Source of the DNA: an uncultured Lachnospiraceae bacterium
Lineage (GTDB): Bacteria; Bacillota; Clostridia; Lachnospirales; Lachnospiraceae
Length of the DNA stretch: 39,229 nucleotides
Reading direction: 5' to 3'
Assembly: GCA_900313955.1 (NCBI GenBank)
Contig: OMTP01000187.1
Span: 1-39,229, forward strand
Within the stretch, counting starts at the first letter, position 1; each line of letters opens with the position of its first letter. Below are positions 34,351 to 39,229 of this stretch, one piece after another. A program made the translations under genes and the position numbers. The notes beneath the pieces were generated by a model. It saw only the letters and a list, made by a program, of their open reading frames with translations, did no database searches and was not told where the DNA came from.

Positions 34351-35889
34351 TTACAGCATGGATCCTGTTGCGTTCTGATCGAGGACGTACTGGATAGCCT
34401 CGTCTATAGCCTGATCGAGGGCGACGCCGATCTCTTCGTCGCTGGACTGTAGAGCCATAGCGTCGGACTCTGAAATGATCTCGGCCATGTAACCGAACTT
34501 CTCAGCGTACTTCTTCTTGCAGACGAAGTAGAAGACGACACCGATGGCTCCCCAGAAAGCGAGGAGCAGCCACTCCTGCGTGTTGAGCGTGGATCCGGAG
34601 CCCGGAATGACATACATGAGCAGCATGCCTCCGGAGAGAACGATGGCCAGAAAGCCGACCAGCTTGTAGTGTCTGACCTTGTAGGGGCGGTTCATGTCCG
34701 GCTCTTTCTTTCTTAAAATGACGAAAGACATGGAGACCATGCAGTAGGCCAGGACGCATCCGAAGTTGCCGGCTGTGGAGATCCAGACCAGCATCTTTCT
34801 TCCTGCAAAAGGAGCCAGCATGGACAGGCCGCCGATGATGTAAAGAGAAGTCACCGGAGTCTTGTATTTGGGATGAAGCTTGCCCAGGAACTTCGGCACC
34901 ATGTAGGACTCAGCCATGGAGTAGAGAGCGCGGGAACCGCCGACCAGGAAAGAGTTCCAGCTGGTCAGGATGCCGCACATGCCTCCGATGATGAGGACAT
35001 CTGCCATGGCCTTGGTATTGAAAGCCTTGGCGATCGCCGTAGCACTGACGAGGCCGTTGCCCTTCATAGCCTCAGAGAGCTCGCTCGGGTTCATTTCGTA
35101 GCCGACAGCCAGGATGACCAGGGCGTAGAAGACAACCGCCATGATGATGGACAGAAGCATGATGTGGCCGATCTTCTTGAGCTCGATGTTGATCTCCTCC
35201 GCTGCCTGCGGGATGACGTCAAATCCGATGTAGAAGAAGGGGCTGGTGACGGCGACAGCAAGGATTCCCTTGAAGCTTGCACCACCCTCCCCGATGAAGG
35301 CCTGCGGTGCGATGTTGGACGGAGAACCCGTCACTGCACTCGACGCAATGAGGATGATGCCGGCCGCGCCGATGATGATCGTGAGAATCGACTGAAAGTT
35401 AGCTGCTGTCTTGACGCCGCGGATATTGACATAGGTCATAGCTGCCGCCATGACGACGGCGACAATCAGCCAGGAAGCGTAGACGTCAAATCCCTCGACC
35501 GTGTAGAGGTAGCCCTTCATAAAGGACGGCCACAGGTATCCGATAATGGTGGGAAATGCGCACGCCTCGAAGCAGACGACACTGACGTAACCGTAAATGA
35601 TAGCCCAGGTGCAAATGAAGGAACCTGTCGGGCCCATGGCGCGGTAGGAAAATACATGCTCGCCGCCGCACTGGGGCATGGCCGGCGTCAGCTCTGCATA
35701 TGTGAGGCCGACGAAGAAGATCATGACGCCGCCGAGAGCAAAACCGATGGCAGCGCCGACAGCGCCGCCGGTCTTGATCCAGTCACCGGTGGAGATGACC
35801 CAGCCCCAGCCGATCATAGCGCCGAAGGCCATGACCAGGATGTCCCAGCCGCTTAGGACTTTATCAAATTCTGATGCTTTCTTTTCCAT
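34351..35889 (-). CDS. APC-family amino acid/polyamine permease
   Basis: FGAMIGWGW, YAEL..AMP..GG, GFDVIPQAAEE, SR.LYSMA, LHPKYKTP, RPYK; 12 TMs. Confidence 0.95.
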   Translation of the reverse strand: MEKKASEFDKVLSGWDILVMAFGAMIGWGWVISTGDWIKTGGAVGAAIGFALGGVMIFFVGLTYAELTPAMPQCGGEHVFSYRAMGPTGSFICTWAIIYGYVSVVCFEACAFPTIIGYLWPSFMKGYLYTVEGFDVYASWLIVAVVMAAAMTYVNIRGVKTAANFQSILTIIIGAAGIILIASSAVTGSPSNIAPQAFIGEGGASFKGILAVAVTSPFFYIGFDVIPQAAEEINIELKKIGHIMLLSIIMAVVFYALVILAVGYEMNPSELSEAMKGNGLVSATAIAKAFNTKAMADVLIIGGMCGILTSWNSFLVGGSRALYSMAESYMVPKFLGKLHPKYKTPVTSLYIIGGLSMLAPFAGRKMLVWISTAGNFGCVLAYCMVSMSFVILRKKEPDMNRPYKVRHYKLVGFLAIVLSGGMLLMYVIPGSGSTLNTQEWLLLAFWGAIGVVFYFVCKKKYAEKFGYMAEIISESDAMALQSSDEEIGVALDQAIDEAIQYVLDQNATGSML

Positions 35890-35892
35890 GTG

Positions 35893-36549
35893 TCAGGCTC
35901 CTTTCTCTGGGAGAGCTTCCCCGGAAGAATAAATCTTGTCGTAGAAGGCAAGGATCAGCTCCTCGATATATTTTGCTGTTCCTTCAACGCCGAGGACACT
36001 GCTGTCAATCAGCATCTGTCTGTTGTGTCTCTCGCCCCAGTCGGTACCTGTGATCTGCAGATAACGGGCGTGGAGGTTGTCGTCATTTTCAAGGATCAGC
36101 TCCTCTGCCTTCTTCTCATCAACATGAAGTTCATTCATGACATTTTCCAGACGATACTGCTTGGGTCCGTAGATGTAGACGTTCAGCGTATCGCTGCGAT
36201 CCCTCAGGATATAGTCGCTGCAACGGCCGATGATGACGCATGAGGAACGCTCAGCCAGCTTCTTGATGACTTCCTTCTGAATATAAACCATACGGTCGGT
36301 CAGGTTCTTGTAATGTGTCGGTGCGTAGGAGTACCCCGGCTCCGAGCGGAGACCGCTGATGTCAATTCCCTTTTCAGCGAGGCTCAGAAGGGCCGGCGAC
36401 ACACCGACCTGCTCCATGATCCGGTCGACGATGTGGCGGTCATAATAGGCCATCTTAAGATCCCTGGCGATTACCCTGCCAATGGCAGCTCCGCCGCAGG
36501 CGTATTCGCAGCCGACCGAGACCACGAGGTGATTATTCAGCTCTTTCAT
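35893..36549 (-). CDS. Cytidylate-kinase-like family protein
   Basis: VSVGCEYACGG..IG..IA..L...YYD, SCVIIGRCSDYIL, IDSSVLG; start at MKELNN. Confidence 0.88.
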   Translation of the reverse strand: MKELNNHLVVSVGCEYACGGAAIGRVIARDLKMAYYDRHIVDRIMEQVGVSPALLSLAEKGIDISGLRSEPGYSYAPTHYKNLTDRMVYIQKEVIKKLAERSSCVIIGRCSDYILRDRSDTLNVYIYGPKQYRLENVMNELHVDEKKAEELILENDDNLHARYLQITGTDWGERHNRQMLIDSSVLGVEGTAKYIEELILAFYDKIYSSGEALPEKGA

Positions 36550-36603
36550 ATGAATTTCTATGCTTCCCTTCTCTGATATTTGCATCCGCTCAAGTGCCAA
36601 ACC

Positions 36604-36666
36604 GCGTATGCTTTGAAAAAGCATTTGAAAATGCATTTCCTGCAAATGCCTTTTCAAGGCATACGC
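36604..36666. other. Long intergenic hairpin
   Basis: GCGTATGCTTTGAAAAAGCATTTG/CAAATGCCTTTTCAAGGCATACGC, about 24-bp stem. Confidence 0.7.
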
Positions 36667-36819
36667 TTCTTTATTTCTGAGCGGTCAGGATGATAAAAAT
36701 AACACGCCCCTCCACGGCCAGGCACGTGAGAGCCCATTTTCAGTCTGCTGTGCAAGAGAAATCGCCGCAAAAAGACGTGTTATCTTTCTAAGCCTTCTTC
36801 AAGGCTGCTTCATTTTCAA

Positions 36820-38037
36820 TTATTTGCAAAGAGCGCGGACGGACTTGTCGATGATCTCATAGGCCTTGTCACAGTCTTCCCTGGTGACAATGAGCGGCGG
36901 GATCATACGGATGACGTTGGATCCGATAGCAGTGATGAGGAGCTTGTTATGGAAGCACTCATGCTTGATGTCGACTGCATTTAATGTGCCGTCGAACTCG
37001 ACGCCGACCAAAAGACCCTGATGACGGACTTCCTTGACATGCGGAAGGTTCTCAAGCTTTGCGGAGAAGTAATCGCCCATCTCCTTAGCGTTCGAAGCGA
37101 TATCCTTGTCGATGAGCTCGTTGACTTCTGCAAGGGCAGCTGCGCAGCAGACCGGATGACCGCCGAATGTTGTGCCGTGAGAGCCCATGGTGAATGCCTT
37201 GGAGACTTCCTCTGTTGCACAGATTGCACCGATCGGCATACCACCGCCGAGTGCCTTGGCCATGGAGACGATATCCGGCTTGATGCCATAGTTCATGTAG
37301 GACATGACGGCGCCGGTTCTGCACCAGCCGGTCTGTACCTCATCGATGAGGAGAAGCATCTCATGCTCGTCGCAGAACTTACGCAGGCCCTGCATGAATT
37401 CCATGGTTGCAGGATTGACGCCGCCCTCGCCCTGGACCGGCTCAACCATGATAGCGATTGTGTTCTCTGTGCATGCATCCTCGAATGCCTTGAGGTCATT
37501 GTACGGAGCATAGGAGAAGCCGTAGGTCATAGGACCGAAACCGACCTGGCAGGCGTTGCCCGGCTGGCCTGTAGCGGACATAGCGCCGAATGTTCTTCCG
37601 TGGAAGCCGTTCTTGGCTGTGACGATGTTGTAGCGGTTGGGGCCGTACTTCTCAACGCCGTACTTTCTTGCCATCTTGATCATGGCCTCGTTTGCCTCTG
37701 TACCGGAGTTCTGGAAGAAGATCTTGTCCATGCCGATGGTTGTGCAGATCTTCTCAGCAAGGAGGGCCTGCGGGATGGTGTACGGGTAGTTAAATGTCTG
37801 CATGATGTCCTTAGCCTGATCACAGACAGCATCGACAACCTTCTCGTTGCAGTTGCCGAGTGCATTGACGGCGATACCTGCATAGAAGTCAAGGTACGGT
37901 GTATCGTTCTCATCGTACATGTACATGCCGCTTGCATGATCTGCAATGAAATCGAAACGCTCGTAGGTCTCGATCATGTACTTGTTGACCTTGTCCTTGA
38001 TATCCTGTGCTGTAAGTCCTGTGTCCTTTAATCTCAT
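36820..38037 (-). CDS. Class III PLP aminotransferase (ArgD/putrescine/GABA-type)
   Basis: YLDFYAGIAV, NSGTEANE, FHGRT, EPVQGEGG, DEVQTG, AKALGGG, HGTTFGG. Confidence 0.95.
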   Translation of the reverse strand: MRLKDTGLTAQDIKDKVNKYMIETYERFDFIADHASGMYMYDENDTPYLDFYAGIAVNALGNCNEKVVDAVCDQAKDIMQTFNYPYTIPQALLAEKICTTIGMDKIFFQNSGTEANEAMIKMARKYGVEKYGPNRYNIVTAKNGFHGRTFGAMSATGQPGNACQVGFGPMTYGFSYAPYNDLKAFEDACTENTIAIMVEPVQGEGGVNPATMEFMQGLRKFCDEHEMLLLIDEVQTGWCRTGAVMSYMNYGIKPDIVSMAKALGGGMPIGAICATEEVSKAFTMGSHGTTFGGHPVCCAAALAEVNELIDKDIASNAKEMGDYFSAKLENLPHVKEVRHQGLLVGVEFDGTLNAVDIKHECFHNKLLITAIGSNVIRMIPPLIVTREDCDKAYEIIDKSVRALCK

Positions 38038-38118
38038 AATGAGCCTCCTTGGTTTTCTGCACCCGGCCCTGTGGTCCGGAGTGAATATACTGATTCATGG
38101 CAGGAACTCTCTTAATGG

Positions 38119-38166
38119 ACAAAGAAAAAGGCGTCATGAACCTTTTTCCAGATTCATGGCGCCTTT
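38119..38166 (-). terminator. Terminator-like hairpin inside the aminotransferase 5' leader
   Basis: GGCGCCATGAATC-loop-GGTTCATGACGCC then TTTTTCTTTG on the minus strand, downstream of the promoter. Confidence 0.6.
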
Positions 38167-38219
38167 GCCATCCCATTTTGAATTCCTCTCGCTCACCGGA
38201 TGTCCCGGATCGCTTATGA

Positions 38220-38362
38220 GTGCAATATATCACACACGTTTCGCCATGTCAAGATATAATTGCGCATTTTATTGCACAAATTTATGAAGTTCCGTTTAGT
38301 ATATTGGAAGTGAAGTTTTTTCGTTTACTATATTGCACCTTTCCCTGTTGATGTGTTATAAT
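38220..38362. promoter_or_regulatory. Divergent sigma-A promoters with putative XRE-cupin operators
   Basis: Minus: TTGACA (38247-38252)-17-TATATT (38224-38229). Plus: TTGCAC-18-TATAAT (38357-38362). Repeated GTxxAxTATAxTGxAC-like boxes. Confidence 0.75.
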
Positions 38363-38525
38363 CCCCTCTAATCAAATGTTCAAGGGCGGACACGGAGACA
38401 TCTCTCTTCGAGGAGAGTGCTCCGTGTCTTTCCTGTTTCTATTGTACCTGTCCATGAAGGCGTCCCTGCTTTTTTTCAAGAACCCTTCTGAACAGTGACT
38501 TCAAATCTGAAAAAGGAGGCAGACC

Positions 38526-39077
38526 ATGAATTATCTCTCCCACAACATCTCCGTCAACCTGCAGAACATCCGCAAGTCCAAGGGGATGAGTCTCGACCAG
38601 GTGGCTGAGCAGACGGGCGTCAGCAAGAGCATGCTGGCCATGATCGAGCGAGACGACGCCAATCCTTCCATCGGGGTCCTGGGCAAGATCATCAGTGGCC
38701 TCCGCATCAGCCTCGACGACCTCACCAAGAGTCCGACGGATGATACCTATCTTGTCGACGTCAGCAAGCTGGAACCCACCAAAGATGTTCCCGGCCAGTA
38801 CAGGGTCTGGACCTGCTTTCCCATCGCCGACAACAGCATCCTTGAGATCTACCGCATCGAGGTCGAGCCCGGCGGCGTCTACAGAAGTGGGGCCCACGGC
38901 GAACACACCCGGGAGTACATTTCCCCCATCGAGGGAACTCTGACCATCGCTGTAGGCGACCGCACCTGGACCCTGAGCGATACCGAATGCTTCCGCTTCG
39001 AGAGCGACCGCGCCCACACGTACAGCAACACCGGTGACAAGAAGGCCGTCTTCATCTCCTTCTTCCTCGCCTACTGA
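38526..39077 (+). CDS. XRE-family HTH plus cupin regulator (PuuR/SutR-like)
   Basis: IRKSKGMSLDQVAEQTGVSKSMLAMIER..ANPS HTH; cupin H....E...F.SDRAHTYSN; RBS AGGAGG. Confidence 0.94.
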   Translation: MNYLSHNISVNLQNIRKSKGMSLDQVAEQTGVSKSMLAMIERDDANPSIGVLGKIISGLRISLDDLTKSPTDDTYLVDVSKLEPTKDVPGQYRVWTCFPIADNSILEIYRIEVEPGGVYRSGAHGEHTREYISPIEGTLTIAVGDRTWTLSDTECFRFESDRAHTYSNTGDKKAVFISFFLAY

Positions 39078-39102
39078 GGCCGTCGCTGCCCCCCGTGAAC
39101 TC

Positions 39103-39146
39103 ACCCCAGCAGGTGGCTTATGATGGCCTCCCGCTGGGGTTTTGTT
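39103..39146 (+). terminator. Intrinsic terminator
   Basis: ACCCCAGC...GCTGGGGT stem followed by TTTGTT. Confidence 0.7.
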
Positions 39147-39155
39147 ATTCATGTT

Positions 39156-39229
39156 GTAACTGTTCAGCAGGCCTGACGAAGGTGCGATAAAAAAGCACTT
39201 CCGGAGTGGACCTTTGAGGGGGCGCTGAA
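39156..39229. mobile_element. Left part of a GTAACTGTTCAG-type MITE, truncated by window end
   Basis: Starts GTAACTGTTCAGCAGGCCTGACGAA, identical to 17790-17814. Confidence 0.7.

Noticed and set aside
34012-34397. ORFs inside the MITE pair (also 32740-33024) as transposase fragments
   Set aside because: Short, no DDE or HUH motifs, derived from palindromic non-coding sequence
36820-38037. Assigning the symbol argD
   Set aside because: Sequence is ArgD-like, but context (APC permease, PuuR-like regulator, no arg genes) leaves the substrate open

Overview
Chromosomal window from a moderately GC-rich Clostridia-type bacterium; the gene families suggest Lachnospiraceae, which is inference. The left part (1-19870) carries a LysR regulator, hydrolases, rpe, a SNF2 helicase, an incomplete Tad/Flp pilus operon, a degenerate sortase-like gene beside a Cys-repeat coiled-coil protein, a transglutaminase-SLH surface protein, an OmpR-type two-component system (TCS), and a MerR/DegV divergon. 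The middle (about 19880-32900) is a visibly more AT-rich island bounded by two copies of a 54-bp palindrome. It holds two parallel modules, each a small Sec-secreted protein ending in G-x-W-[ST]-P, a lipoprotein, two permeases and an ABC ATPase. It also holds an SH3b protein, a CAAX protease and a second paralogous TCS. Identical back-to-back GTTAAGAATAGTTAAG boxes lie 22-23 nt upstream of four extended -10 elements in the island. This is the best candidate for an undescribed system. The right part has a 5'-truncated RecG-C-like gene behind a phased GAAGT array, def, a C_GCAxxG_C_C protein, and an amine-utilisation locus (XRE-cupin regulator, class III aminotransferase, cytidylate-kinase-like protein, APC permease). 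Several 153-bp hairpin MITEs (two with 8-bp target duplications) and REP-like palindromes are scattered through the window. I found no rRNA, tRNA, CRISPR array, integrase or transposase. Family names come from motif recognition, not database searches.
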